In this document: piece by piece, positions 21,955 through 36,471 of the stretch
How the letters are laid out: each line of letters starts with the position of its first letter
How positions within the stretch are numbered: the first letter of the stretch is position 1
Assembly: GCA_951406725.2 (NCBI GenBank)
Contig: OX597829.1
Span: 40,548,001-40,612,000 of the forward strand
DNA length: 64,000 bases
Direction of reading: 5' to 3'
From: Octopus vulgaris
Lineage: Eukaryota
The notes under the pieces: model-generated
Told to the model about the DNA's origin: nothing
Databases searched by the model: none
What the model saw: only the letters and a program-made list of their open reading frames with translations
Made by a program: the position numbers and the translations under genes

Positions 21955-23479
21955 GTTTTGAAGAGTGCAGTTCAATTTTAAGTTACTTTTTCAAAGATAT
22001 AATGGAAGTAACAAAGGAGCATATTTGGCATATTTTACTTTGTGAGTTCAATAAAGGCAACAACGCAATGGAAGGGGAATATTATTGCAGCATATGGGGA
22101 TTGGATAATAAGCATAAGCATGTGTCAATGGTGGTTCCAGAAATCCCAAGCCAAAAACTAGCCAAAAACAAAAGGCGCAGGAGTAGCTGTGTGGTAAGTA
22201 GCTTGTTAACCAACCACATGGTTGTGGGTTCAGTCCCACTGCGTGACACCTTGGGCAAGTGTCTTCTACTATAGCCTCGGGCCGACCAAAGCCTTGTGAG
22301 TGGATTTGGTAGACGGAAACTGAAAGAAGCCTGTCGTATATATGTATATATATATATGCGTGTGTGTGTTTGTGTGTCTGTTTGTCCCCCTAGCATTGCT
22401 TGACAACCGATGCTGGTGTGTTTATGTTCCCGTTACTTAGCGGTTCGGCAAAAAGAGACCGATAGAATAAGTACTGGGCTTAGAAAAATAATAAGTCCCG
22501 GGGTCGAGTTGCTCGATTAAAGGTGGTGCTCTAGCATGGCCGCAGTCAAATGACTGAAACAAGTAAAAGAGAAAAAGAGAAAAGAGAAAGCCTCATTCTT
22601 GAAGATCTGTAGAGCTCAACAAGCTCATCCTGCAAACCCTGGTAGAACGAAATTCCGTCGAAACTGTTGAGAAATTAGCAGAGAAGCTTGGATTTGGTCA
22701 TTCCACAATCTATCGATACCTGTGTGCTATTGGAAATGTCAGCAAATTGGGTCAGCAGGTTCCTCCCAAACTTTGCAAACCTAATCGCATGCAGAGAGTG
22801 AATGTATACTCTTCTTTACTGTCACAGTTCACTAATGAACCTTTTTGGGACCAAATAATGACTGGTGATGAGAAATGTGTTCTCTATAAAAATGTCAAGC
22901 ACCAAACTGCCCCCGGCTAAGGAAGGTCTTCACTCATGTAAGATGCTGTTATCTTTTTGATGGGATATGAAAGGCTTAGTCCATTTTGAACTTTTAAACT
23001 CAAACCAAATAATGACGAAAGAGATCTACTGCAAGCAGCTTGAGTGGCTTAAGTCAGTACTAGAAGTAAAATGACCACCTTTGTTTCATGACGAAAACCT
23101 TTTCCATCAGGATAATGCAGGGCCGCATATAGTGAGGATGACCTTCCAAAGGCTGGAGCAGTTTGAATGGGAAACGATGCCCCACCCACCATATTCACCA
23201 GACATTGCCCTATCTGGTTATCATTTATTCCACAGTCATCAAAATTATTTGAATGGAAAAAATATGAATTTTGTAGACGAGGTCAGAACACTACTGGAGG
23301 AGGGTTTTTCATCATGGGCGAGTGAATTTTGGAAGAGGGGGCCTTGCAAGTCTACCAGGTAGATGGATGAGTATTGTAGAAAATGAAGGAGTGTATATTT
23401 TAGATTTAAAAAGCACTTTATCTTAATTTTGAAAAATAAAAGAAGTATTTAAAAAAACCACATTTATGGGATGACCCAG
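21955..23479 (+). mobile_element. Near full-length decayed mariner (DD34D-type) transposon
   Basis: MEVTKEHIWHILLCEFNKG, IMTGDEK, FHQDNAGPH, PHPPYSPDIALSGYHLF; right TIR TTTATGGGATGACCCAG|TA; many stops; SINE insert. Confidence 0.9.
22174..22589 (+). mobile_element. SINE family A, full length, nested in the mariner
   Basis: Same head, body and tail as 12651-13049. Confidence 0.9.
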
Positions 23480-23767
23480 TATATCTATAGATATTTATAT
23501 ATATGTATATGCATATATTTATGTAGATAAATAATTATATATATGTATATGTGTGTGTGTATACACACACATACGTGAACTCCCCAACACACATAAAGAC
23601 ACAGTATTGTTTGATAGAAATAATTTATTGAAAAAAGAACAGTTAACTATGGTGGTGGGTTTCTATATATTCCGTAGAGTAATACTTGTTGAGTTGACTC
23701 AATATCAAGTTTCACTTTTAACAGCATATTCGACCAGTTCCTTTAGTCTGACAAATAATCCTTTAAT

Positions 23768-23988
23768 ACTCTTTTACTTGTTTGTCATTTGACTGTGGCC
23801 ATGCTGGAGCACCACCTTTAGTCAAGCAAATCAACCTCAGGACTTATTCTTTGTAAGCCTAGCACTTATTCTATCGGTCTCTTTTGCCGAACCACTAAGT
23901 TACGGGGGACGTAACCACACCAGCATCGGTTGTCAAGCAATGTTGGGGGGACAAACACAGACACACAAACATATACACACACTCATAC

Positions 23989-24010
<22 letters not shown>
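23768..24010 (-). mobile_element. SINE family A, 3' half
   Basis: Tail and body match. Confidence 0.8.
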
Positions 24011-24024
<14 letters not shown>

Positions 24025-24234
24025 AGGTGGCGAGCTTTACATTTCCCTAGTCACCCAGCAAAGCCATTAAAAATTCAATAGAAGTGACTTTTTTGTGAAT
24101 TTTCTATCCAAAACCCAATCAAAATGCCTGAAACTTGATACGCCAATGGAATGCTAGCTAGCTGTATGTGATTGGTCGGAGATTTAGATAGTACTCGCGT
24201 GTATGTGCGTACGCACGCAGCTGTATATGCATGC

Positions 24235-24275
24235 ACTAGCACTATGACCCAGCGTTGCTGGGTCATAGTGCTAGT
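24235..24275. repeat. 19-bp perfect hairpin ending CTAG|T; possible Helitron-type 3' end
   Basis: ACTAGCACTATGACCCAGC-GTT-GCTGGGTCATAGTGCTAGT. Confidence 0.7.
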
Positions 24276-24886
24276 TACAGTATAAAATTTTTGACAATGC
24301 CTTAATAGGCAGATGTAAATTGAAGGACAAGTAAACGCTTCAGTTACATTTCATGGCAATTATGGTGAGAACTGGCAGACTCATTAGCATACCAGGCAAA
24401 AGACTTAGCAGCATTTCGTCCGTCTTTATGTTCTGAGTTCAGATTCCATCGAGGTTGACTTCGCTTTCCATCCCTTTTGGGTTTGATAGAATAAGTACAA
24501 GTTACACACACACTAGGGTCAATTTAGTCAACTTATGCCCTACCCTAAAATTGCTAGCCCAGTGCTAAAAATCTGAAACCAATAAAAGTGCAGGTATGGC
24601 TATCCAGTTTTATAAGTTGTATTCTTACCACTTGGTTTCAAGTTCAGTCCTACTGCACAATACTTTGGAAAGTGTCTTCTACTATAGCCTTGGGTCAAAC
24701 AAAACTTCCTGAGTGGATTTGGTTGGCAGAAACTGAAAGGAGCTGTTGTGCTAATGATGCCTAATGAGGCAGAAACACATCCACAGCTGCCCGTATTTCC
24801 AAAAACAAATCAATCTGTCTTTCTCTTAATGGCATATCAATATTGAATGTTTCTTGATTTCTGACATTATTACTTCTCTTTTAGTT

Positions 24887-25225
24887 CTCATCATCATCAT
24901 TGTTCGACTGTGATCGAGACAATGGAACTTACTATGTTACGCCAGACTTCACTGTCCATCATAGCATTACGGAGGTCCTGTTGCTAGGTGCCTGTATCCC
25001 TGGAGATTAGATCAGGGTAAGAGAGTGTGTGCCCTCTGGTATCACGAGCAGATAGCTTCCAGAGGAGAAGAGTAGAAATTACCTTGTTTTCAGCTCTGCA
25101 ACAATATCCAGCAAACTGGACTCTCCTACCTTTCATAAGAGATGATACAGGTGGTAATTTCCCATATATTTGTACTTTGGTTGGATGACGCTTCCATGAG
25201 AGATTTTGAGCTCTCATAAGGAGAG
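24887..25225 (-). mobile_element. RTE/RTEX-type LINE 3' end
   Basis: LMRAQNLSWKRHPTKVQIYGKLPPVSS..RRVQFAGYCCRA..LLLW..LRNAMMDSEVWRNIV, then a (GAT)n tail. Confidence 0.8.
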
Positions 25226-25750
25226 CTACACCAGGGTTCCTCTTCCCTAGGGAACCAGACTTAATGGTATACCTGTGGATGCAGGTCCAGCCCCTGCTTT
25301 ACTGGTCATGTCTCTGATCACATTGCACTTCCAAGGGCATCCAATGACAGTGATGCCCTCAATCTTAACAGTTGGGTATCACCTGATGGAGAAGAATCTT
25401 TTGGTTCTAATTGCCACCAAGCAGTTATCTACCTCTCCGGAAAGTAACATAATTTTAAAAAAATTATTTGTTGTTTCGTTTTTAATATACCCTTAATTAT
25501 CCTTAATTATCTTGCTCGAATAAACGCCACTGGGTACTCTGAATCATTTCTCTAAGCTCACTTATATTTATTTCATTTATGCAAATTACCTGGGCTATAA
25601 ATTACATTTTACTCATTTTTGCATGTTTAAGTGCCCCCCCCCCCCTTGCTAAATACAAGCTACAACAACTGCTGTACAGATGTCTATTGAGGCTGAAATA
25701 CATATTAAACAATTTCTTATGTTTAGGCAATCAGACTATCTTTTCCTTAA

Positions 25751-25964
25751 CCCTTTAGTGTTCAGATTACTCTGTTAAATGTAATATTTTTTTTGACTCA
25801 AATTGTTTTTAATTAATCATGCATTATCTTATAGCTTTGAGGTTTCAATGGCGTGATTGTTTATTTTTTAGAATGTCAATGTAGGTAAGGTGTGAGAGCC
25901 TTAGTTTAAACATAAAATAGGTAGAAAACTTCGGCCGGATATGGCCAGTTTAAACACTAAAGGG
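25751..25964. mobile_element. piggyBac-type MITE (family E1), 214 bp, intact ends
   Basis: TTAA|CCCTTTAGTGTT ... AACACTAAAGGG|TTAA: 12-bp perfect TIR and TTAA TSD. Confidence 0.9.
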
Positions 25965-26694
25965 TTAATGGTATATCAGTTTTAGAGGATTCTTGATTCT
26001 TGAGCTTATTGCCCTTTCTCATCTGAAGTTGGTAAAATTTTCCACCAAACAACTCATCTGTCCTCTCTGGAACCTAAAATATTCTCATTAAATCAAGAAT
26101 TAATCTTATATAGTATTTAATATATCCTTATCTGTGTCTATTGTTAGCATATATTCCACTGATTTCTCTCTGACTTATTCCTTTTAACACATTTTCATTT
26201 CTCTTATATATACATATATGTATATGAGTCTCTCTCTGTATGTGTAACAAGTTGCCATTTTTAAATATTAGCGCCAATTTGTGGTAGCTGGCAATATGAC
26301 GTAATGTCGTAGTGCTGAAGAAATATTATTGTCGTTTTTCCATTGGTTAATATAACTGCTCATATAGAGATTATAAAAGTTACTTAAAGAATATTTGTAT
26401 GTAATTTCGATTCTTTAAATTCAAGTTGAGCAGTTATAAAAACCCTGGATTTTGGGAAAAACTTCAGTGTTTGTTGGATGTAACTAAACTCCACGACACT
26501 CGCTCTTTTGAGACATTGGTGATTTTTCATGCCATGTCCAAGGAAAATCCAACGAGTCTTGTTTGAATTGTTGAGATTTAATATTAGCTAGAATGAGAAA
26601 TTAGATAGTTAAAATATATAGTCGTAATTCTCTACGACGAAATTGACTTTTATGTATACATGTATTTGAAAAGACACATCAAGCTTAGTGAAAT

Positions 26695-27995
26695 CACAGT
26701 CGTGGCCAGTACGCTCTGTAAAGTGGTTGGCATTAGGAAGGGCATCTAGCTGCAGAAACTAAGCCCAAACAGATTGGAGCCTGGTGCAGCTCTCTGGTTT
26801 ACCAGCCCCTGTCAGACTGTCTAACCTATGCCAGCATGAAAAACAGATACTAAATGATGATGACGATGACGGCGAACTGTAAGGCGGCGAGCTGGCAGAA
26901 ACGTAAGGCAGCAAGGTGACAGAAATGTTAGCACGCCGGGCGAAATGCCTAGTGGTATTTCATCTGCTGCTACGTTCTGAGTTCAAATTCCACCGAGGTC
27001 GACTTTGCTTTTCATCCTTTCGGGGTCGATAAATTAAATACCTGTTACACACTGGGGTCGATGTAATCATCTTAATCCCTTTGTCTGTCCTTGTTTGTCC
27101 CCTCCGTGTTTAGCCCCGACGACGACAACGATGATGATATATGGTGCAGACTGGACAATGGGGTTAGATGTTTGCTTTCCAACCACATGGTCCCCATGTT
27201 CAATCCATCCCACTGCATGGCACTTTTTCTGTTACTATAGCCCCAGGTCAACTAAAGTCTCATAAGTGGATTTGATAGACAGAAACTGAAGGAAGCTTGT
27301 TTGCGTGTGTATATATGTGTGTGTGTATTTGTAGACAGATAGATAGATATATGTGTGTGTATTTTGTCTCCCACCGTGGCTTGACAGCCAGTGTTGGGTT
27401 GTTTACATCCCCGTGACTTTGTGGTTTGGCAAAGGAGACCAACAGAATAAGTATCAGGCTTAATAATAAGTGTTTGGTTTGGTTCATTTGACTATAACCC
27501 TTCATGATGGTGCTCCAGCATGGTCACAATTCTGTGACAGAAACAAGGACTAAAGATGTGTTTGTATATGTATACATGCATAGGTGTAGGAGTGGCTGTG
27601 TGGTAAGTAGCTTGCTTACCAACCACATGGTTCCAGGTTCAGTCCCACTGCGTGGAACCTTCGGCAAGTGTCTTCTACTATAGCCTCGGGCCGACCAAAG
27701 CCTTGTGGGTAGATTTGGTAGACGGAAACTGAAAGAAGCCCGTCGTATATATGTGTATGTATATATATGTATGTGTGTGTGTACATGTCTGTGTTTGTCC
27801 GCCCAACATCGCTTGACAACCGATGCTGGTGTGTTTACGTCCCCGTAGCTTAGCGGTTCGGCCAAAGAGACCAATAAAAAAAAAAGTACTAGGCTTACAA
27901 AGAATAAGTTTTGGGGGTCGATTTGCTCGACTAAAAGGCAGTGCTCCAGCACGGCCACAATCAAATGACTGAAACAAGTAAAAGAGAAAAGTGAG
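26695..27995 (+). mobile_element. Cluster: family C tail (26695-26870), SINE B (26881-27117), two SINE A (27140-27550, 27582-27990)
   Basis: Each matches other copies in the window. Confidence 0.8.
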
Positions 27996-28043
27996 TATGC
28001 ATACACATATGCATACATCTGAGTCTATATACCTACACATATG

Positions 28044-28091
<48 letters not shown>

Positions 28092-28196
28092 GATACATAT
28101 TGAAATTGTTGTAGATCTGGGTTGTTTTTTGGTTTTCCACTTTTCTGTTGGCCTTCAGCATTTCAGGAAACGTGTGTATGTCTGTGTGTGTGTGTA

Positions 28197-28246
<50 letters not shown>

Positions 28247-28439
28247 TGCTGGCATGTGTGCATGCGCGTATCCTTGTCTGCCTGACTCTGTGTTTGTCTG
28301 TTGGTCTGTGTGTAGGTGTGGTCACTTGAGTTCTGTGTGAAATCTGTTAGGTTATATCCTGTTTCAGAAAAATTTCATTGTATTTTCACTTCATTTAATG
28401 AGGAGGGGAAGAGAGAAGGTGATGGTGGAGACAGATAGT

Positions 28440-28498
<59 letters not shown>

Positions 28499-28687
28499 AA
28501 TTATGTATGTATGCATCTATATGTATATTTATAAATTTTTGTATATATGTACGCACGTATATGTATGGATATATAAATATATGTGTGTGTGCTTATGTAA
28601 ATATATGTATGTATGCATGTATATGTGTATGTATTTATATATGTGTGTATGTATGTATGCATGTATATATGTATGTATATATGTATA

Positions 28688-28732
<45 letters not shown>

Positions 28733-28755
28733 ATATATGTATATATATGTATGTT

Positions 28756-28812
<57 letters not shown>

Positions 28813-28922
28813 TTACATTCTACTTGTATCACTCTTTTTTTTCTCTCTCTCTCTCTCTTCTCTTTCTCTCTATTTTTACATTTTGTTCTCAGTGTGTGTG
28901 TGTTTGGCTACATGTTTATATA

Positions 28923-28989
<67 letters not shown>

Positions 28990-29362
28990 ATGTATATATA
29001 TATATAAACATGTAGGCATACACACACACACACATATCTATCGATCTCTCTCTCTCTCTGTATATATATATATATATATATGTAAAGATAGCTAGATAGA
29101 TAGACAGGCAGATAAATAGATAGAATCCTCATTCTTCATCTATTTTTCTGAACCATTCCTCCCCACCCCCACCCCTCTCTCTCTCTCACTCACTCAACAC
29201 ACACATGCATACACAGATTTGTTTCTTTCCATTCTATAAACTTGCATTCCACTTTGGCCACTTGCAGAATTTGGCTGCCTATTTGTATAATATGGACACT
29301 CACTCAGCACCCATACATGCACACATCAAGTTCACGTTTGTGTCTGTCTCTCAGTATGCATG

Positions 29363-29407
<45 letters not shown>

Positions 29408-29432
29408 GTACAGACACACACATGCATACATG

Positions 29433-29480
<48 letters not shown>

Positions 29481-29527
29481 GTACAGACACACATGCATAC
29501 ATGAATATATATATATATATATATAAA

Positions 29528-29561
<34 letters not shown>

Positions 29562-29653
29562 GACACACACATACATACATGAATATATATACATACACAC
29601 ACACATATACAGACATACATACATACATACATGAATGTGTGTCTGTGTGCGTG

Positions 29654-29704
<51 letters not shown>

Positions 29705-30090
29705 ATTTGTGTTTGTCTCCCCAACATTGCTTGACAACCGATGCTGGTGTGTTTACGTCCCCGTAACTTAGCAGTTCGGCAAAAGAGGCCGATAGAACAA
29801 GTACTAGGCTTACAAGGAATAAGTCCTGGGGTCGATTTGCGCGACTAATGGCAGTGCTCCAGCGTGGCCACAGTCAAATGACTGAAGCAAGTAAGAGTAA
29901 AGAGCATATATATATATATATATACATATCCATACATTCACACACACTCGTATATACATGTCAGGTTTATGTGTGTATAACTCATATATTTTTATTTATA
30001 TAAAATATTTGTCTATCTGTCTGTCTATCTTTGTAGCTTTATTTGAAATAATAACCACTTGACTTGGAAACGTTTTTGTTATTGTTGTGG

Positions 30091-30139
<49 letters not shown>

Positions 30140-30447
30140 GTGGTGGCATGCTATTATTGTTATTCATACATTTATGATAGAAAACGGTGTTAGTAGAATG
30201 TTAGTATAGAGATGATATTATAAGGTCTGCAATATCAGGGTGTGGTCCTACTTTGATATGTATAGTTTGGTTGGTTGCCTTGTTGCCAGACAGCAAGCTA
30301 TCTTGTGGAGAAAGCTTGTGATAAAGTAGGGTGTGGCATGTTGTTATGTGACCAGACAAACATCACCAACATAGCCACCAGTACTTATGCGCACGTACGC
30401 ACACACACACACATACACATACGCCCTTGTGCACACTCATATACAAA

Positions 30448-30514
<67 letters not shown>

Positions 30515-30601
30515 ATATATATATATATATACATATACATATAAATATATATATATATACATATATATATTTATATATATATATATATATGATATATATA
30601 T

Positions 30602-30647
<46 letters not shown>

Positions 30648-30659
30648 ATATATATATAT

Positions 30660-30695
<36 letters not shown>

Positions 30696-30831
30696 ATATA
30701 TATATATATTATAAATATATATATATATATACATATAAATATATATATATACACACACATATATATATATACACACACACACACATATATCGATATATAT
30801 ATATATATAGACACACACACACATATATATA

Positions 30832-30864
<33 letters not shown>

Positions 30865-31209
30865 GTGCACACACATATATAGATATATATAGAGAGAGAG
30901 GGGGGGAGAAATATAGATAGCCATACATAAATACATACATATGCGCGCACACATATACACTTTTCCATGCTTACACACACACACACACACACATACATTT
31001 GGAGACCTGCACTTAGTCACACACTCACCTTAGTGGCCACTTACACTCTCTCTCTCTCTCTCTTTCCCTTTCTTTCTCTGTCACACACACACACACACAC
31101 ACTCATTCATACTGTCATATACATTTACATACGGAATGAAGGACATAGAATTAGTGTGTCAGATGTAAACACAGATATAGACATACTTATGCACACACAC
31201 AAACACACA

Positions 31210-31283
<74 letters not shown>

Positions 31284-31435
31284 CACACAAACACACACAT
31301 AGGCAATAACACTGGTACACAAACTCACTTGTACAAATATAAATGTGTACAATTATACTCATATTCACATAAATATTCACACAGATAACAATACACATGC
31401 ACACACATACATAAACACACACACATACACACACA

Positions 31436-31466
<31 letters not shown>

Positions 31467-31470
31467 TTAA
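27996..31470. repeat. Extended compound (TA)n/(TG)n/(CA)n microsatellite field, with a SINE A 3' half at 29690-29905
   Basis: Direct inspection. Confidence 0.95.
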
Positions 31471-32184
31471 AACATTTTCTCACATTATGTGATGGCGAAC
31501 CTCTACAAGACCACGGCAAAGTGCTAGAAATAGCAGTCAAATTTACTCCATGTTATACCATGCTAACACGAAAAGGAAGGACACGTTAATGTATGTAATC
31601 CTAGACATGCTGTGTGTCTGACAGAGGCCGGGTGGGGGGTGGAGGGGATAGCAAAGAAAAAAAAAAGCAGGATGGTAATAGTTTTGGGGGGAAAACTTCT
31701 CATCATGGTTCTGCTGGATCCCAGTTGACCTTGGGTTAAACAATGATGATAATTCATACATTGTGACTGATGTATGTAATTATTACATACATACATTAGT
31801 GGGGATGCACACACACACACACACACACACATATCAGTCTCTGTCTTTACCTCCCTTTTTCACCCCTAACTTTCTCCCTCCTCCTAATGAATGCACCATT
31901 CTTACCACATTCACCACCAACACCACCACCACCACCACCTGAACAACAACAACAACAAGAATAGTAGAAACAATTGTAATTATATAATAATATATAAGAA
32001 AGCATCAGATTTTTGTTTTTACAGAAGGAAAACTCTTCAGAAAGTAGTGTAGCTGATGATTCTTTTCCCATACACACACAAGGGGAAAGAAACTATGCTG
32101 CCCGACAGCCCCGCTAGAAATAGCAGTCAAACCTTCCTCCTCGATCATAAAGAAGAATACACGGGATAATATAATCCCTAAATT

Positions 32185-32530
32185 GAGACCCCCCACCTTT
32201 GGTCATGACTGACCGTGGGATTGCACCTAGAAAGTTACCCTCCCAGGCACAAGTCCGGGCAAGGTTGTTTTTTGGAAGACCAGCAGTTGCCCATGCATAC
32301 CGGCCTCCCCTCTCCACACCACCAGTGTTAACCAAGGGAAAGGTAAAGGCTGATACAGCTTGGCACCTGTGACGTCGCAACTCATTTCTACAGCTGAGTG
32401 GACTGGAGCAACGTGAAAAAAAAGTGTCTTGCTCAAGAACATAACACGCAGCCCGGTCTGGGATTCGAACTCAGAACCTCACGCTCGTAAGCTCAAAACT
32501 CTAACTAACCCCTGAGTCATGCACCTTCAC
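32185..32530 (-). mobile_element. SINE family D (tRNA head plus CORE-like domain), full length
   Basis: 13-bp TSD TAATCCCTAAATT (32172-32184, 32531-32543); B box GAGTTCGAATCC; TTCTTGAGCAAGACACTT..CTCAGCTGTAGAAATGAG; second copy at 52180-52500. Confidence 0.9.
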
Positions 32531-32916
32531 TAATCCCTAAATTCACAAGCAAAATGGTATGGTCAAGACTGGAACACTTTTGACTGCAGGTTTGCTTGAC
32601 ATGGACTGACCTAGGGTCAAGCAGTCACAGCAGCAATATCATGATCCACATTCATATTTCCTTTGACTGAGTTCAAGTTAGATTTTACAGTGAGTTGGTG
32701 TTAACGTAGTGGCTTTTAATTTCACTGAAAACTGCATCTTTGGATTAACACATTCCATGCCTGACAAGTATCTGTTAATTCCCCTGTAGTTAGGTGTAAT
32801 ATTAACATTAGCTGTTTATTATTATCGGTAGTGGATTCTCCTGTTGTAGACGACAGATGAAGTATCAGCAGTTACTTGCTGAACAACCTGCACAAATATA
32901 TTTACTGTAATTAAAA

Positions 32917-33660
32917 AGGCAGCGAGCTGGCAGAAACGTTAGCACGCCAGGCAAAATGCTTAGCAGTATTTCGTCTGTCGTTACGTTTTGAGTTCAAATT
33001 CCGCCGAGGTCGACTTTGCCTTTCATCCTCTCAGGGTCGATAAATTAAGTACCAGTTATGCACTGGGGTCGACGTAATCGACTTAATACCTATGTCTGTC
33101 CTTATTTGTCCCCTCTGTGTTTAGCGCCTTGTGGGCAATAAAGAAATATTTATAGTAATCAAGTGTATATGCTGTACATTAACTCACTCCCTTCATCAAA
33201 TTGATGCTGCACAAGCATGCCAGATGCCTTTACGTTCTGAGTTCAAATTCCACCAAAGTTGACTTTGCCTTTCATCCTTTCGGGGTCAATAAATTAAGTA
33301 CCTATTTCTTTATTACCCACAAGGGACTAAACACAGAGGGGACAAACTAGGACAGACATAGGTATTAAGTCGATTACATCGACCCCAGTGCATAACTGGT
33401 ACGTAATTTATCGACCTCGAAAGGATGAAAGGCCAAGTCGACCTCGGCAGAATTTGAACTCAGAACATAGCGGCAGACGAAATACCACTAAGCATTTCGC
33501 CCGGCGTGCTAACGTTTCTGCCAGCTCGCCGCCTTGATAAATTAAATACCAGTTTTATACTGGGGTTGATAAATTAAGAACCGGTTTTGTACTGAGGTCA
33601 ATCTAATCGACTGCCCCCACCCCACAAACATTCGGGTTTTGTGCCTAGAGTAGAAAAGAT
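32917..33660. mobile_element. SINE family B cluster: + copy 32917-33148; old + copy 33228-33660 containing a young - copy 33303-33535
   Basis: The nested copy is flanked by the ATAAATTAA(G/A)TACC duplication. Confidence 0.85.
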
Positions 33661-33779
33661 GTTGAAATGATTACAGAGCAACATGAAATAAAGAACAACA
33701 TGCCACCCAGTCCAGAAATTGATCCCTTGATCTAGAGATTTCAGGTACAACACTCTAACCACTAGGCCACATGTCTTCA

Positions 33780-34602
33780 CATAGGTACATGGTAAGAAGT
33801 TCCTAGTTCAGTCCCAATATATGGCATCTGGGGCAAGTGTCTTCTACTATAGCCCCAGGCTAACCATAGCCTTGTGGGTGGGTTTGGTAGATGGAAACTG
33901 AATGAAGCCTGTCACATATCTATGTATTTTTGTATGCGTGTGCGTGTGTGTGTGTCTATGTGTGTATACATCTTTGCGTTTGTACCCCATCAGCATTTGA
34001 CATCCCCATAACTTACCAGTTCAGCAAAAAAAGACCGATAAAATAAGTACCAGACTTTAAAAAAAAAAAAAAGTAGTTGGTGAGTGCACACACACATACA
34101 TATTAGCACATTACAATCTCTATCAGAATTTTCAGTTGTTATGAGACAAATGAACGCAATAACGAATTGCTCTTTTTTTTCTATTTTGTCCTGAATGGCG
34201 TAGGAGTGGCTGTGTGGTAAGTAGCTTGCTTACGAACCACATGGTTCCAGGTTCAGTCCCACTATTTGGCACCTTGGGCAATTGTCTTCTACTATAACAT
34301 CGGGCCGACCAAAGCCTTGTGAGAGGATTTGGTAGACGGAAACTGAAAGAAGCTTATCGTATATATGTATATATATATATGTACGTGTGTGTATATGTTT
34401 GTGTGTCTATGTTTGTCCCCCTAACGTTGTTTGATAACCGATGCTGGTGTGTTTACGTCCCCGTAACTTAGCGGTTCGGCAAAAAGGGACCGATAGAATA
34501 AGTACTGGGCTTACAAAGAATAACCCTGGGATTGATTTGCTCGACTAAAAGACGGTGCTCCAGCATGGCCGCAGTCAAATGACTGAAACAAGTAAAAGAG
34601 TA
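33780..34602 (+). mobile_element. Two SINE family A copies (33780-34070 degenerate; 34197-34602 full length)
   Basis: Match to family A. Confidence 0.85.
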
Positions 34603-34884
34603 ACATCAAACTGTGTTGAGAGAATCAGGTCAGTGGGTGGACTGGTGCACACTGGCCACTAAACGCTACAGTCATCGCTGTGGTATGCATTAATTGATGT
34701 AATTAAATGGCCCGTGTTTAAAATCTAATTATTTTTCATGAAAATGCTGAATTGTTTAAGACAGCAGTAAACAATGCAAAGATAGTAAAAATGAACAGGT
34801 GTAATTACCTCAGCTTTATAATATTAAATGAATAGCTTGATTTGATCACAAACAGCCAGTGACACACACTCACATATAATGGTA

Positions 34885-35098
34885 ATCCTTTCTACTATAA
34901 GCACAAGGCCTGAAATTTGGTGGCGGGGACGAGTCAATTACTTGACCCCAATGTTTCACTGGTACTTAATTTATCGACTTTGAAAAGATGAAAGACAAAA
35001 GTTGACCTCGGCGAAATTTGAACTCAGAACATAGCGACAGGCGAAATATCGCTAAGCATTTCGTCCAGTGTGCCTGCAGATTCTGCTAGCTCACTGCC

Positions 35099-35145
<47 letters not shown>

Positions 35146-35352
35146 CCTTTGTACTATAGGCACAAGGCCAGAAATTTGAGAGGAGGGGGCCAGTCAATTA
35201 GATCAACCCCAGTATGCAACTGGTACTTAATTTATCAACTCCGAAAAAGCAAAGTCAACCACGGTGGAATCTGAACTTAGAACATAGCAAGAGACGAAGT
35301 AACGCTAAGCATTTCATCGAGCACGCTAACGATTCTGCCAGCTCACCGCCTT
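34885..35352 (-). mobile_element. Two head-to-tail SINE family B copies ((AAT)n-tail subtype)
   Basis: Match to the reverse complement of 11177-11392; separated by (AAT)n. Confidence 0.8.
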
Positions 35353-35381
35353 AATAATAATAATAATCATAATAATAATAA

Positions 35382-35620
35382 CCCTGTAGTTATAGGACTA
35401 TCCCTAAAGATTTGAACAGATGGATAGAGGAAATAGGTATAAAGCCTAGTTTAGTGCAACTCCAGAAAACAGTGTTATTAGGGACAGTTAGAATACTTGG
35501 GAAGGTTCTTGGCATCTAAGGTTACTTGTTTCAGCCTGATGTTAAGAGGTTTTTTTTAATTCTTTTCCAACAGTCTAATCTGTTGTGCATATGTGAAATA
35601 ATATTAATAATAATAATAAC
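35382..35620 (+). mobile_element. Dong/R4-clade LINE 3' end inserted in (TAA)n
   Basis: IPKDLNRWIEEIGIKPSLVQLQKTVLLGTVRILGKVLGI* (stop 35517-35519), short UTR, (TAA)n on both sides. Confidence 0.8.
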
Positions 35621-35896
35621 CCTTCCCACTATAGGCACAAGGCCTGAAATTTTGTAGAAGGAAGTTGTTTACATCGACCCAGTACGAAAATGGTGCTTAT
35701 TTTATCAACATCCAGTGAATGAAAGGCAATGTTGACCCAAGTGGAATTTGAACTCAGAACATAAAGATGGATAATCCTGGCTATTAACTTGGTAGTACTC
35801 CATCATATATTTGGCTAACAGGGCACACAAGAAGACTACATTAATATTAGCTATCAGTCAACTGATTATTATATAAAGCAGGGCATGCTAACAGTT

Positions 35897-36290
35897 CATC
35901 ATCATCATCGTTTAATGCCCGTTTTCCATGCTAGCATAGGTTGGACGGTTCGACCAGGGTCTGGGAAGCCAGAAGGCTGCACCAGGCTCCAGTCTGATCT
36001 GGCAGTGTTTCTACAGCTGGATGGCCTTCCTAACGCCAACCACTCCGTAAGTGTAGTGGGTGCTTTTTACGTGCCACCGGCACAGGTGCCAGGTGAGGCT
36101 GGCAATGGCCATGATCGGTTGGTGCTTTTTACGTGCCACCGGCACGTAAGCCAGTCAAGACAGGGCTGGTATCGGCCACGTTCGGATGGTGCATTTTACA
36201 TGTCACTGGCACAGGGATCACAACTACAATTTTCATTGATATTTGATGTTGATGTACTTAACTCAATAGGTGTCCTCAAGCACAGGGTCG
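35897..36290 (-). mobile_element. RTE LINE 3' UTR (family C)
   Basis: (CAT)n tail, GTGCCACCGGCAC repeats. Confidence 0.8.
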
Positions 36291-36332
36291 AAACAGTGTT
36301 TCTTTACTTGCAAAGATATTAAGCACCCTGAT

Positions 36333-36388
<56 letters not shown>

Positions 36389-36471
36389 CGAGTTTCTTTT
36401 ATTCTTTTACTTGTTACAGTCATTTGACTGTGGCCATGCTGGGGCTTGTCTTTTTTCTTTTTTTTTTTTTG

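Noticed and set aside
26243-26640. Possible solo LTR (starts TGTAAC); similar candidates at 3692-4020 and 56815-57135
   Set aside because: No clear TG...CA pair with TSD, no PBS/PPT, no second copy in the window
27991-31540. Many 60-210 aa ORFs ([12 protein letters not shown]), also at 4213-5221, 21543-21981, 46688-47939 and 58708-59768
   Set aside because: Translations of dinucleotide microsatellites, which lack stop codons by composition
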